This document shows, one piece after another, positions 1-13,004 of a DNA stretch of 64,000 bases. The notes under the pieces were generated by a model, which worked only from the letters and a program-made list of their open reading frames with translations, searched no databases and was not told the DNA's origin. The DNA comes from Octopus vulgaris (Eukaryota): positions 84,444,001 to 84,508,000 of the forward strand of contig OX597815.1 in the NCBI GenBank assembly GCA_951406725.2. The letters run 5' to 3'. A program made the position numbers and the translations under genes. Numbering within the stretch: position 1 is the stretch's first letter; every line of letters starts with the position of its first letter.

Positions 1-400
1 AAAACTTGAGGCAGTTCAATAGTGATACACCAGGAAGATTTATCAGTGGAGCAGCTGAGCTACTGAGAGAGACTAAAAGAGTTACGAATCTACTCCCTAG
101 AGCGAAGACTGGATGAATATGCAGTAATATATGTATGGAAGATCCTAGAGGGACTGGTACCAAACTTTATCGAGAGCTATACCAGCTCCTGAACTGGACG
201 TCACAGCACTGTCCGAAAGGCCCCAACTATCTCATCTAGAGTGAGGACCTTATATGAAGGATCTTCATGGATTAGCCGTAAACGTTTTCAAGAAACAACT
301 TGATCTCCCGTTATCCAAGGTTCCAGATGAACCAATATCAAGACAGAAGATTCAAATGAGGGCAGCGGTATCGCACTCCTTCCTTCACAAGAAGCCAATC
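1..400 (+). mobile_element. CR1/jockey-group LINE, decayed 3' end of ORF2
   Basis: Hand translation gives QLSY*ERLKELRIYSLERRLDEYAVIYVWKILEGLVPN and FKKQLDLPLSKVPDEP, resembling the C-terminal motifs of CR1-like ORF2. Stops and a deletion are present. Confidence 0.7.
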
Positions 401-744
401 ACATAAATTTGGCCATTGAAAAGGTCGTTACCCTGGTGGTGTTCCCTCATGACCACAGACTTAGGGCTAAAACATGTAAAAGAATAAAGGAAAGAATATA
501 CGTGTGTGTATAAAAACACATGTATATGTATGTGTGTGTGTGTGTAACGGTATACTTTATGTAAATATATAATATATGGAAATATATAAGTAGAAAAGCA
601 CTCAATCAGCTAAAAGCGTAAAGATAATCTTAAATTAAAAACCATAAATTTTGCATTTATAGCTACCCAGGTTTTCCTGGTAGAAATAATAATTTATTTC
701 GCCGAAGTAAAACTGATTGTCAGTTGTCTTTTGAGCAGATAACG

Positions 745-1150
745 TTTAACAGACACAATAAAAGTTACATTTTCTTGTGCTAATATTAAGCAATGGACAA
801 TTCTGGGACAAGAGTGCGACAATGGTTGTACAAATATAAAACGTGATATCGGAGCCGGGGAAGGAAAATTTAAATCTAGATATAATAACAATCTTCCGAA
901 TTATAGGTACCATCATAAGAGACATTCAACAACCCTTAACTTTAATCTGGAATCTTAAAGACGAAGGAACCAATTTCGAAATCATGTTGAAAATTCTTTC
1001 TAAATCCAGATCCTATATTAACGGATCTAAAAAAATATTCAGTGTATTCGCCTGTAAAAAATGAATCTATTAAAATAATTGAGAACTTCCAACGCATACA
1101 TAAATTCCTGGAACGCGATTTTCTTTCATATTCACGTTAAAAAAAAAATA
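745..1150 (+). mobile_element. Penelope-like element fragment (RT linker plus GIY-YIG endonuclease), frameshifted
   Basis: FNRH-IKVTFSC (PLE FNRNTxKVSYSC motif), then DIGAGEGKFKSRYNN (YIG motif) and HSTTL-LIWNLKDEGTNFEIMLKILSKSRSYINGSKK. Homologous to ORF 29256-29531. Confidence 0.8.
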
Positions 1151-2152
1151 GATCTTGCCGGAATACATCTTGCGCGCGCACACACTAAACAGATATATAT
1201 ATACGTGTGTATGTATTTAAGTTTGTATATGTATATATGCAATTTATGCAATCTATCTGAATATACATGTAATAAGATGAGTATATGTGTCAGATATCTT
1301 AACTATACTGAGGACTAATATACTCGATTGAATCGAGACTATCGTCTCCGTAGTACTCCCGTATGAGATTTCACAGATATAGGAGGCTAACGACGAAGTC
1401 GGTGAATTCGAAACGTTAATCAAAAACTTTTATCTATTGTGTTGTAGTACAATCGACTGTTGGGCATATTCTCAAGTGTAGTATAACACCCCAATACTTA
1501 GAAGGCATGAGCGCTAGTAATGGAGCTCACAGTTTGATAAGTACTGTCTTCTGGTAAAATACAATACGCGCGCCCCTTCCTGCTTTATAATGATTTTATC
1601 ATCGTTTTACGTATATATATCTGTGTGTTCGTGTATGCTTATACGTGTGTATTTATGTGTGTATATGTAAGTACATATACATTTAAATTTTAATTTTTGG
1701 AAGTGTGGAAACAAGTCATTTTGCGAATACTTCGAAGGAATATAGTTTTAAATGCTAGATCATAATAAATTGGGTTGAACAAAATAATTTTTGGACAGAG
1801 AAAACGGTGAACACCATCTCGTTTGGCATAAATCGACATCCACCGTCTTCCAATGGATATCTTAATTATTATTTAAAACTGTATTGCCAATTGAAATATT
1901 TCACAACACAAGACACACATACACACACACACACATAAATGAGGTGAGAAAATAGAATAAAATTCTATTTGTTTATAGCTGTTTCATAATCTCGTTTGTC
2001 ATGTAAAAGGTATTACACCAACATTAGCACGTATATGAAATATACATATTATACATGAGTGCGTGCACCCATATATACAAGCGTGCTAAGAAGTAAAACG
2101 AACAGGACGGTTCATAGTAGTGGAAATCATCAACTTTATGTACGTATGTATT

Positions 2153-2262
2153 TCATTATTCAGTTTTATTTCAAGATTTCTTGCCAATAGAGAAAGAGTT
2201 GGTTTCTAACTTAGATCGAAGGCTCCTTCATTAGAATTTCAACATCAAAAACTGGGTATTTT
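2153..2262. mobile_element. Short dispersed repeat in (TATG)n, possibly PLE pseudo-LTR derived; second copy at 40775-40890
   Basis: Shared sequence ttcagttttatttcaagatttcttgccaatagaga...aaggctccttcatt in both copies. Confidence 0.6.
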
Positions 2263-3209
2263 TGCATGTGTGTATATGTGCAGATTTGTATATTTATGTA
2301 TATGTGCAGACTTGTATGTTTTGTCCCATGTATATGTGTGTGTATGTACATTTGCATGTATGTATGTGTGTATGCATACATGTATGTATAGTTCAGTGTT
2401 ACGAATGCTCTCCCCTCTGATAGTAACTCTTTTCGTTTCCATACAAGACCGATATGCATGAAGGCTTTAATACATTGACTTGATCGAGGCACATTTATGT
2501 TATTAACTTCACAACTAAACGAATAACGAAGGACTGAGTTGATCGACCCTGAAACGATTTCAACATATGTCGAAGAGGGATAAAATGAGAAAACAAACTG
2601 TACGTGATTTTGGTTATCATAGTATCGTATCTATGAGCTCGCCGCTCTAATGCTATTTATATTGCTTCAACCCACAAATCTATACATTTATAACTAAAGT
2701 AAACGTCCAATTAATCAATCTGCTGACATGACTATTGCTTATTTTGTATAACTATTTCAGCAAAACTTAAACTCAGCACATAAAATTATTACTACTTCTT
2801 AAGTTGGGCTTGCTACTTTTTCTGTCACTCTTCTGCTCGTAATGCCCTGGCTGAACTCATAATACTGCTTATTATAACAACATTGTTGTTGATGTCAATT
2901 ATTGTTAGGGGTAGCAGTAATAGTAGTAGCAGTTGTATTTTGTTATCGGTCCGCTGATCATGTTGATGATTATTTTGGTTTTGGTATTCGTTTAGAGGAA
3001 GATAAAAGGAAATCTATATGTTCATACTTTTCTTCACGATAATATCGACATAAGAGATGTGAAGTCCCCAATTAGAAAGAGAAACATGAATAATTCCCAA
3101 TTATGAATAGATATTTAGTTCGCCAAAAATGTTTATTCGCAAGAAGTCACACAACTCAATAATAATTAGTTTTCAAATTGGCAACATGCCCTCTGTTTCC
3201 TTTCTTCTT

Positions 3210-3261
<52 letters not shown>

Positions 3262-4444
3262 TTCCTTTCTTACTTTCGTTCTATGAGAAGCGAATAAAGA
3301 AAGATGTGATTAGAATTCGGTATATGTTGAGTCAAGCGTACAGATAGTTAAACTGCTAGGGTACCGAACAACCAGATGTGTAGCGAGCGGTTCGTACCGT
3401 GTCGCTGTCTATGCGTTGTATCAATGACCTACAAACTGTAGTTGTCAACCTTTATAACTTTATGATATGTTATTAACTAATAAGAACTTTAGGAAAATAG
3501 TCGTTGCTGTAGAAGTAACCGGCGACAGAGTGGATTTTCAAGAAAACTTGGAGAAGCGAGAAGGAAGAGATGACAGAGATGGAGAGAATACAATATGCGA
3601 AAGGAAACAGACACTATTGAAAAGGAAATAGACAAAAGGAAGATATAGAAGTGAGAGAGAGAAATAGACGCTCGGACAATTTCTTGGAAATACAGCAAGA
3701 AAGATAAACCATCAGCGTAAGCATACTGTCCAGTTAGGTGATGATGCACTGAATGACGTTCGCAAAAAGTTTCAATGTAATGAAATTTATCTTTTAGTTT
3801 GAAGAAAACAAAAAAAGACCAAGAACATATTTGCAATTATTAGCAATTCTTAAAGACAACACGAATAATGTCATGCAGGAAATAGTTTCAGAAAAATTTC
3901 AATTTTCATGCTTAAATAGTTATATAATCACGCAAGAAACTTAATTGATCGTTTTTAAAGATCTATCACTTACAAACAAATGGCAGGAAATAGAAAAAAG
4001 ATGTGTGAAATAGGATGAGTACTTTCTGCAAAAACAAATTGGAGGGTGAATATTGTTATAGATTATATAATTCGACGAATTGAAAATTTGCTTCATTTAT
4101 TAGTTATTTTTATTCTTACGTCGTTTTAGTTAAAATATATATTGTTTAATTAATTACGAGTCATGAAATCCACAAAAATGCAAGCTAAGCTGTTCGCTAT
4201 GGTAATAGCCTAATTTTTTTAGAAAGTATCTAAATATACTACGCTATTGGTCGAGGAAGGAAAGTGAGTATGCCTTCTGTGAGGAGCAGCGAAAAACCGT
4301 GAAACCTTCTGCCGGAAAACACCTCCTCTTTTCTGCACATAAAGAGGCAACATAGAAGAAATATGCTTACATTGGTATACTTTCCTCAGAGCCAGATCTC
4401 ATAACATTTCATTGTATTTGAGTTCTTCTGACTTTACACTAAGT

Positions 4445-4820
4445 TACTCTTTTACTCTTCTACACGTTTCAGTCATTTGCCTGTTGCCATACTAGAGCAC
4501 CGCCTTTAGTAGAACAAATCGATCCCAGGACTTATTTTATGTAAGTCTAGTACTTATTCTATCAGTCACTTTTGCCGAAACGCAAATGTTTCGGTGACAT
4601 AAACTAACCAGCAGCGGTTGTCAAGCGATGCTGAGGGTACCAATACTGACACAAAGATACATATATATATATATATATTTCCGTCTGCCAAATCCACTTA
4701 CAAGGCTTTGGTCGGCCCGAGGCAATAGTAGAAAACACTTGCTCAAGGTGCCACGCAGTGAGACTGAACCCAGAACCATGTGGTTGGGAGGCAAGCTTCT
4801 TACCACACACCCACGCCTAC
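4445..4820 (-). mobile_element. tRNA-derived SINE, family B (head GGCGTGGCTGTGTGGTAAGAAGCTTGC), with internal (TA)n
   Basis: The minus strand has A-box/B-box-like motifs (GGTTCAGTC) followed by ccttgagcaagtgt. Related copies lie at 26104-26185, 26770-26850, 28845-28880 and 37880-38040. Confidence 0.75.
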
Positions 4821-4884
4821 GCCAAAATATAAATTGATTAATTAATTAATACCGAATCATCAAGAATACAAGGTCGTCGGTTAA

Positions 4885-5168
4885 GACAACTAGCGCGCCA
4901 GTTGATCCGATCAGCGGAACAACCTGTTCATGAAATTAACGTACACGCGCATCCTTTATGTAGTTCTCATTGAGATTCAGTGTGACACAGAATGCGACAG
5001 GCCTAGCTCTTTGAATTACAGGTAAATTCACTTTTGTCGGCTGAATGGACTGAAGCAACGTGAAATAAAGTGATTTGCTCAAGGACAAAACGCGACCCTA
5101 GGAATCGAACTCAAGACCTTCCGATCATGAGCCGAATATCCCTTACTACTATGCCCCGCGCATTCACA
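4885..5168 (-). mobile_element. tRNA-derived SINE, family C
   Basis: Minus-strand head with B-box gagttcgattcc, followed by tgtccttgagcaaatcacttt core. Confidence 0.7.
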
Positions 5169-5631
5169 CTAAGAATACAAATATACCAATTAATCAATAA
5201 TGATGGTAACCTAAATTATGAATGTTTGTTATAGTGGCTGAATAGTCTTTACTGTGTATTGGTGAAGGAAACAGAATATGTCTTCTCTGAAAAGCGATGA
5301 CCTGATCGTGATTCGTACGGCAGGTTACTGCTCGCTATATTCTGCGCATCGAAAAATAGAAGAAATGAGTTCGCATTCGTATATCTATCACATCAGCAGG
5401 CTTCCTAATATCTATATGTATGTACACATGAGTTCTTCATATTCACGGAGATTAATTTCGCTTCTTTGCAGAATTCAAAATAGTCTGAATCAAGAATGTT
5501 TCAGCTATGTATAGATTTGTGACTTTTCTTAGTACGTGAATTTACGTAGATATGTCTGTAGGTATATCGGCAAACAAATAAAGAGAGTGCATACCGTTTA
5601 AGTAGGTTGGAGATGTGATAAGGGATTATGC

Positions 5632-5678
<47 letters not shown>

Positions 5679-5700
5679 TTGAATATATATATATATATAT

Positions 5701-5957
5701 AGGAAAAAAATAAAAAGTGGAAAAGAAATACCTTCGTTTCATACAGTTTAATATCTTATAATAAATATATACATATATGGATGTCGTGAAACCCAGCCGG
5801 TTTTCGCAATTTAATTTAGCTTTTCAAGGGACATTGTACAATAATCAATTCTCGTGACAGAGGGGTCTCGTCATTTTGGATGTTTGAAACATATGAGTCT
5901 AGAGAGTGAACCAAGGGAAGCAACATGTGGCAAGGGGGACAACTGGCTCCTTAGCAT
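5701..5957 (-). mobile_element. (TA)n-flanked pLTR-like cassette with variant HHR-like motif at 5792-5830
   Basis: Minus strand reads CCC TTGAAAA GC-(11 nt)-GC GAAA ACCGGCT GGG. (TA)n lies on both sides. Confidence 0.4.
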
Positions 5958-5989
5958 AATATATATATATATATATAAATTATACTATT

Positions 5990-6938
5990 TTATATAGAGA
6001 TTCTTAACATTAACAATACTCAGAAACAGGCTAGAATAGAAGTTCACAAATTGAGCTAAGTTCCAATTTATAATTTGAATGGAGGCAATATGGACGGAAA
6101 TCTAGAGGAACATGACCTATTATCCAATAGAATATTCAGTATATATGTGTACTTTCTTTGACATTAATAAATCAATATAAAGTTCGAAATAATATTAGTA
6201 TTAAAAACATACAAGCATATAAATATATAAATATTTAATATTTAAAAACACGCAAATATTTAAAAATGCGTAGACATTTTTAAAATATATAAACACATAA
6301 AGAGATACATACTAAATATAAAAAATAAACGTCGATATGATATAAGATAAAAACACGTAGGTATTTTAAAATATTTTAAAATACTCATAAATGTAAATAA
6401 ATACGCAGGCAAAATAGAAAACATCAATATAATATAATATAATATAAGATAGTGAATTATTAATTCACACCATAAGATAAAAAGGAATAAAAATTTGTCA
6501 GTTACAACACGGAGTCCAGTGGAAAGTTTGAAATTATAAAACATTAAAGGACATACTAATATACGAAGATAATGTTCAATGGATCCAATAGTTTCATCGT
6601 GGGGCCGTTTCGGAGACGTATCAGATATTATCATATTATCTACGAGTTTATATCTTATATCATATTGACGTTTTTTTTATATCTAGTATGTATCTATCTA
6701 TGTATCTATTTATGTGTTTATATATTTTTAAAATGCGTACGTATTTTTTAAATATTTGCGTGTTTTTAAATATTAAATACTTTTATGTTTATATACTTGT
6801 ATGTTTTTAATACTAATATTATTTCGAACTTTATATTCATTTATTAATTTCGAAGAAAGTACACATATATACTGAATATTCTATTGGATAATAGGTCATA
6901 TTCCTCTAGTTTTCCGCTCATATTGCCTCCATTTAGAT

Positions 6939-6940
<2 letters not shown>
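5990..6940. mobile_element. Long inverted repeat (arms about 6072-6360 and 6639-6940), probably an inverted Penelope pLTR pair
   Basis: The arms are reverse complements (ggaggcaatatg...gacctattatccaatagaatattcagtatatatgtgtactttct). The left arm translates VPIYNLNGGNMD...DLLSNRIF, weakly like a PLE GIY-YIG C-terminus. Confidence 0.6.
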
Positions 6941-6979
<39 letters not shown>

Positions 6980-7219
6980 CTTGCAAGGCATTACTTACAG
7001 CAGATCCATTATAGAACATTTTCCCTCAAAATACTAGGCAATGGAATCGGACTGGAAACCGTGTGGATTCGAATCAAAATTCATAATCACACACACACAA
7101 CACAACAGAAAATAATTTTCTTGTTTCAAGTTTTTGTCTTAAGTTTTTGTTTTAATTTATGTGCAAAAATTTTAGATAATATCATCCATAGATTGAAAAC
7201 AGTATACATATACATGACA

Positions 7220-7285
<66 letters not shown>

Positions 7286-8583
7286 TATTATTATATATAT
7301 ACACTATTATTATATCATACTATATTTGCTTTGACTCTCTTTTGTTTACTTGAAATATATTTTTATTACCATAGAGTTATATTAACCATATTTTTTCTAT
7401 TTTACCGCCCCTGTGTTTTGTTCCAAATCATTCCAGTTTTTAGTTTCTAGATGGAAGAGCTTGAGTTTTTGCAGTTTCTTATGCTAATCCTTCTGTAATT
7501 ATTATCTTTGTACATTCTACAATAATGCATGCTGGAAATATATGCCGCTCGCTTATATTTTAATCGTGCTTATTTAAGCAGGTAAACATAACCACCATCA
7601 CGCTTATTATTATCATCAATGTCGCCATTGTTATTTGTTTCATCATCATATATCTATCACTAAATTATTGTTATTACTTTAATTAGCAGCTATTTTCTCA
7701 TACATCTACTCTAACCTAATAGGTATACAATTTCCTTTTTGCTTTTCTGTCTTATTTCGTTTAACTCCATATTGTTTATATTCTTGATTTGTTAGCTTTT
7801 TCTTGCTCATCTTTCCGCCGCCCCCCACCCCGTCATCCCCACCATTACCATCACCATACCACCTTATTTTAATTTTTTCTCTTTCTTTTCTCCTACACTT
7901 AGTCGTCATCCTCAGCGGGAATTTTATTTATTTAGTATGGATAAAAACTTTTTTCGATTCAGTTTTATTGTTAGTTTCTGTGATTTTATTTCCATATTTC
8001 TCATTCTGTTGGTACATGTTGCTACTATTGCTACTACAGTTGCTGCTGTTGTTGTTGTTGCTATCGACGAGGGTGGTGAGGATGCTACTGTTGCTGCTGG
8101 CGAGGGTGGTGGGGATACTGATATTGTTATTATCGTTGCTGTTGTTTACCTGCAGCAGTATATGATTAGAAAATACATTTATAGCATCAGTGATGGAAAT
8201 CTCTTGTTTACTTATATTGCTCTATCTCTATATAAACAGTCTCACGCATTCTTTATGTACATACATATACACATTCATTCATACATACATACATACACAT
8301 ATACATACATACATACATACATACATACATACATACATACGTGCATACATACATACGTGTGTGTGTATATGTGCATATGTATGTACACTGAGAGATAATA
8401 TAAGCTAAAGAGATAGAAAGATAGATAGATATGTGAAGTATTGTTTGTTTATTTATAAGAGTACACATATATAGTGCACGTATATTCATATATATAATAT
8501 ATACAGTATATATATATGCCTATATATAATATATATATATGTATATATGTATGTATATATGTGTATATATATATATGTGTGTG

Positions 8584-8649
<66 letters not shown>

Positions 8650-9023
8650 TGACTATGTACACGTATATATCCTTCTATGTATATGTATGTCTAAGTTGAA
8701 TACAATAACAATGACATCTATCACCAGTCAAGAAATATATATATCCACATGTGTAAAATAGGCAAACATATATAAAAGTGGTATACAGATCCACTCTAAT
8801 AAAAATATTCAATTTTCCAATGTAACATTCTTCCGTGGAATCTCTGTTGAAATTTCTGATCTTCAGATAGAAAAAGAGAAAAGTTATTTAAAATAAACGG
8901 CTTAAATAACTTTACATGTATTCTAGTTGACAAATTTCAGTATAAATATGAATCTAATTTTCTCCATGGCTTCTCCACTGGAAATGTACACAGATATTGT
9001 GTTTGTTTGTATATACATTGCTA

Positions 9024-9079
<56 letters not shown>

Positions 9080-9131
9080 TAGAACATCTTTTTTCAACCC
9101 GTAAAGAGGGCACAGAAATTTTCTGCGAAAC

Positions 9132-9172
9132 TTATCTGAAGAGTCCTCATGAACGGACGAAATTGCTAATAA
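9132..9172 (+). ncRNA. Minimal type I hammerhead ribozyme motif
   Basis: TTAT CTGAAGA GTCC tcatgaac GGAC GAAA ttgc TA ATAA: intact core CUGAAGA/GAAA/UA, 4-bp helix I, 4-bp helix II, reduced helix III. Confidence 0.6.
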
Positions 9173-9234
9173 ACGATTATCCAAAATTATCCAGTCATTT
9201 CACTGCGGCTATGTTGAGGCACGACATATATATA

Positions 9235-9660
9235 TCACCTTGATCACGTTGACCGACCAGTTCGTCGGGCGTCCATTTGACATATCTGGTCACAGCATGC
9301 TGTCCACTCTTCTCTGGATCACGCCTTTCTTATCCACGTGATCCCGATCGCCCTCCTGAAGTCGTAACTCCACCGTCATGGATGCTTTCCGAGTGGTCGT
9401 TACTGCTCGCGCGGGAACCAATCGACAACTGCACGGGTCCATCGATTATCGGTGAGCTGGGCGATGTGTCCAGCCCATCTAAACTTGCTGCGTGTATATT
9501 CTACGATGACATCCCTCACGCCGGACTTCTCTCTGATGTGCTCTCCAACGAAAGTCCAAGCATTGACCTCTCCATGGCTCTTTGAGCCGTTACCAATCTC
9601 TGTTCTCTCTTTGTTGTAGCCCATGTTTCACTACCATATTCTACATTGCAGGTAGAACTG
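9235..9660 (-). mobile_element. RTE-clade LINE, 3' end
   Basis: IREKSGVRDVIVEYTRSKFRWAGHIAQLTDNRWTRAVVDWFPRE..RPLG..RW, the typical RTE C-terminus. Confidence 0.9.
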
Positions 9661-11784
9661 TGTTATTGAAGAAGTTGGCACAGGTGGCCCTGTCCAACCT
9701 TCCCTTGAACATTGGAAGGTGAGCCCTCGGGCCTGAAGATTTGTCAAATGCCACCGCGGAAGAGGTTTATGCTTCTCCATGTACATCTGGTCAACCAAGT
9801 GATGACGGAGGTGGGTTAAACCCAAATACTGGACACCTCCCTCCCGACAGTCCTAGTGTGAAAAATAGGGGTATTCACCTAGGTAAGGAGTGGATCATTG
9901 CCACACGGAATATTTGAGGACTTATCACGGGAAGCTAAACGTGATAACATCTGAGATGAAGAAATGCGGAGTGGGTGTCCTAGGGCTGTCGGAGCACTAG
10001 CGGAACGGTCAGGGAAGATTCACAGCACAGAGTGGAGACACGATCTTCTTCTCAGGAAGAGAGACCAGTCAACGTGATAGAGTGGGTTTTGTGACGTCCA
10101 GAGAGATGACTCCATCAGTCGTGGGATACGATCCTGTTAATGACAGAATCGTCACCATATGGCTGAGGGGTCACCTTCTAAACACTACACTCATCCAGGT
10201 TTACGATGAGATTGGAACGCCGTGGTGGGGAATATCATTACTAGCAGTGCGAGTGTGGGCCAACACGGGTTGGGGGAGAGGAATGAAAGAGGACAGGATC
10301 TGGTTGACCTTTGTATCACCAACAACCTAGTCATCGGTAACACCATCTTCCAGCATCACCCGAGAAGCTTGTACGCTTGGACCAGCCCAGGAGACCGGTT
10401 TCGAAACCAGATTGACTACATCATGATTCAAGGACGATGGAAGTCGGTATTCAAGAATGTAAGGACACGACCAGGGGCAGACTGCGGAAGCGATCATCAA
10501 CTGCTGTGTGCAATGATTAAGATCCGGATGAGGTCACGGCGAAAACAGACGAAAACAACACGGTACGACATCACAAAGATACCGGAGGCTTTCAGTGTCG
10601 AGATGCAGAGCCGATTTCTACCGATTCTCCAATCATACGATATCGGAGAGTAGAGATCAAATGCACTCTGGGAGAAAATGGTCAACATCACAAAGGAAGT
10701 TGCGGAGAGGAATATTCCCAAAAGACGGACTCTCCAGAGTCCGTGGCTATCAGACTACACACTAGACGTGGCAAGAAGAAGGAGGAAATCAAAAGCAAGT
10801 GGTAAACATCAGGAATGGAGAGAACTTGACAAGCATTACAACAGACAGGCACTAGAGGACAAGAGGAACCATCTGGACCAGATATGTCTGGAGGCGGAAT
10901 ATGCGTCACAGAAAGGTGACATCGAGTCTGTTTTTCGTTTGGTGAAGGAATTGAGTAGAAAGAGGAAGTGAACTCCATGTAGTGACGTCATCAACGATAA
11001 AGAAGGTAACATCCTTACAAAGGAAGAGAAAATCAAAGCTAGGTGGAGGGAATGCAGCACCGATTTGTACAGAAGGAGGCAGGAAGATCTCCCTGCTGCA
11101 CTCGCTGTAGCTGAAGACAGAGAACCGGAACTACTCAAAGAAGAAGTGTGACAGGCGCTGTACCATACCAAGAACGGGAAGAGCCCTGTCGTGGATTAAC
11201 TTCCCATCGAGGTATGGAAGGCGACGGGAGATATTGGAATAGAACTGTTGTGGAGACTGTGTGTCAAGATCTGGAGCGACGTGGAGTGGCCGATCGACTG
11301 GTGTCGTGAAGTCTTTGTACCAATACCAAAGAAAGGTAACCCACGCGAGTGCTCTAACGACCGAACCATCAGCCTTATTGTCTACGCAAGCAAGATTCTG
11401 CTGCGAATAATCGTAGGTAGACTGCAGCGGAAATATAGCAGTGTCATCGCTGAGGAACAAGCTGGCTTCGTCAAGGGCAGAGGAACAAGGAAACAGATAG
11501 TCAACATCAGGATGATGATCGAGAAGTTTAAGGAATGTAACATCCCACTTTACGTGTGTTTCATCGACTACTCCAAGGCCTTCGACTGTGTGAGACACAG
11601 CAAGCTGTGGGACGTCATGAAGGAAATGGGATTTCCTGAACACTTAGTCGCATTGTTGGCGCGACTATATCAAGATCAACAGTCATCTGTTAGGACGTCC
11701 GTCGGTGACACTGAGTGGTTCGGCAATTAGAGGGGCGTCCGACAAGGATGTGTTCTGTCTCCATATCTGTACAACATCTATGCA
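9661..11784 (+). mobile_element. RTE/BovB-like LINE: 5' region, APE endonuclease and N-terminal RT, pseudogenised and 3'-truncated
   Basis: APE motifs GVLGLSE, IQVY, GLGERNERG, NQIDYI, GADCGSDHQLL. RT motifs PIPKKGNPRECSNDRTISL, EEQAGF, CFIDYSKAFD, GVRQGCVLSPYLYNIY. Several stops and frameshifts; ends before YADD at a SINE. Confidence 0.95.
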
Positions 11785-11907
11785 ATTGATACTTAATTTA
11801 TCAACCCTGAAAGGAAGAAAGGTCAAGTCGACCTCGGTGGAATTTGTACTCAGAACGTAAAAAACGGCGTGCTAGCGATTCTACTACGTCGCAACCTTAA
11901 TAATAAT

Positions 11908-11954
<47 letters not shown>

Positions 11955-12217
11955 AAACAACAGCAACAGCAGCAGCAACAGCAATAATAGAAATAACAAC
12001 AACAACAATAATAATAATAATGGTTTCAAATTTGGCACAAGGCCAGCAATTTTTCATGGCGTTGAGGAGTCGTTTACATCATCTCTAGTCTTCAACTGGT
12101 ACATATTTTATCGACCCCGAAAGGTTGAAAGGGTAAATTCACCTGGGTAGAATAAGATGGTTGAAATGGCGCTAATCATTTTCTCTGCGGTGCTAAAGAT
12201 TCTGTCAACCCACGGCC

Positions 12218-12288
<71 letters not shown>

Positions 12289-12390
12289 CCTTTTTACTAT
12301 AGACATAAGGCCTGGAATTTGGCTGAAGGAGCTATTCGATAACATCGACGCCAGTGTTACACTGGTACTTAAGTTATCGACCCCGAAAGG
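11785..12390 (-). mobile_element. Three partial SINE family A copies separated by (AAC)/(AAT)n
   Basis: Core (on +) tatcgaccccgaaagg..gaaaggcaaagtcgacctcgg and tail tttggcacaaggcc, as in the other family A copies. Confidence 0.75.
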
Positions 12391-12560
12391 CTGACAACAA
12401 GGTATGCGATAAGGAAGCAAGAAAAATCAAGAGATATGACAGGTTAGCTTGGGAAGTTAAGCAGTTGTGGTCGATGAAAAAGGTAGCAGTAATACCAATA
12501 ATTGTCGGAGCCCTGGGAACAGTGAGGAAAACTCTCGAGAGGTACGTATTACAAATAGGG
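12391..12560 (+). mobile_element. R4/Dong-like non-LTR fragment (RLE endonuclease C-terminus), inverted relative to its neighbour
   Basis: ADNKVCDKEARKIKRYDRLAWEVKQLWSMKKVAVIPIIVGALGTV. Confidence 0.85.
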
Positions 12561-12945
12561 ACTTGGTCGCACTGCATGTTGAAAACTCCCAGAGTATTTT
12601 GTAATGTTTGTTTTCCATTACTTCCTCTGACTTGTGTTCATACCATTGTTCTGCTCTCTCGGGGTTTGCTTTACTGCACAACAGCCAGTGGACATTTCTG
12701 GCTGTATTTCCTTCTTTTGTATTCGCGTTGTTCGAGCTTACAGTACTCACAAACAATACAGCTTATACTTTTTCCCTATTCAGAGCACATCGTACACTTT
12801 GGCGAGTCAGTGTTTTTATCAATGTAATATTTGGAGTAATGTATTCTGAGTACTTGTTCTTGAGCGCTGTATACTAAGGCCTCAGTGGGCTCTTTTAAGT
12901 CTCCTTTCAGCAGCCGTTGCCAGGTTCAATTCTAATCAATTTCAT
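12561..12945 (-). mobile_element. R4/Dong-like non-LTR fragment (zinc-knuckle region)
   Basis: KGDLKEPTEALVYSAQEQ..DSPKCTMC..ARNVHWLLC..RAEQWYEHKSEEVMENKHYKILWEF..QCDQV. Confidence 0.85.
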
Positions 12946-13004
12946 CTTTATTTTTCAATAACTGACTGTGCATTATTATTATTATTTTTTTTTTTTTTTT
13001 TAGT

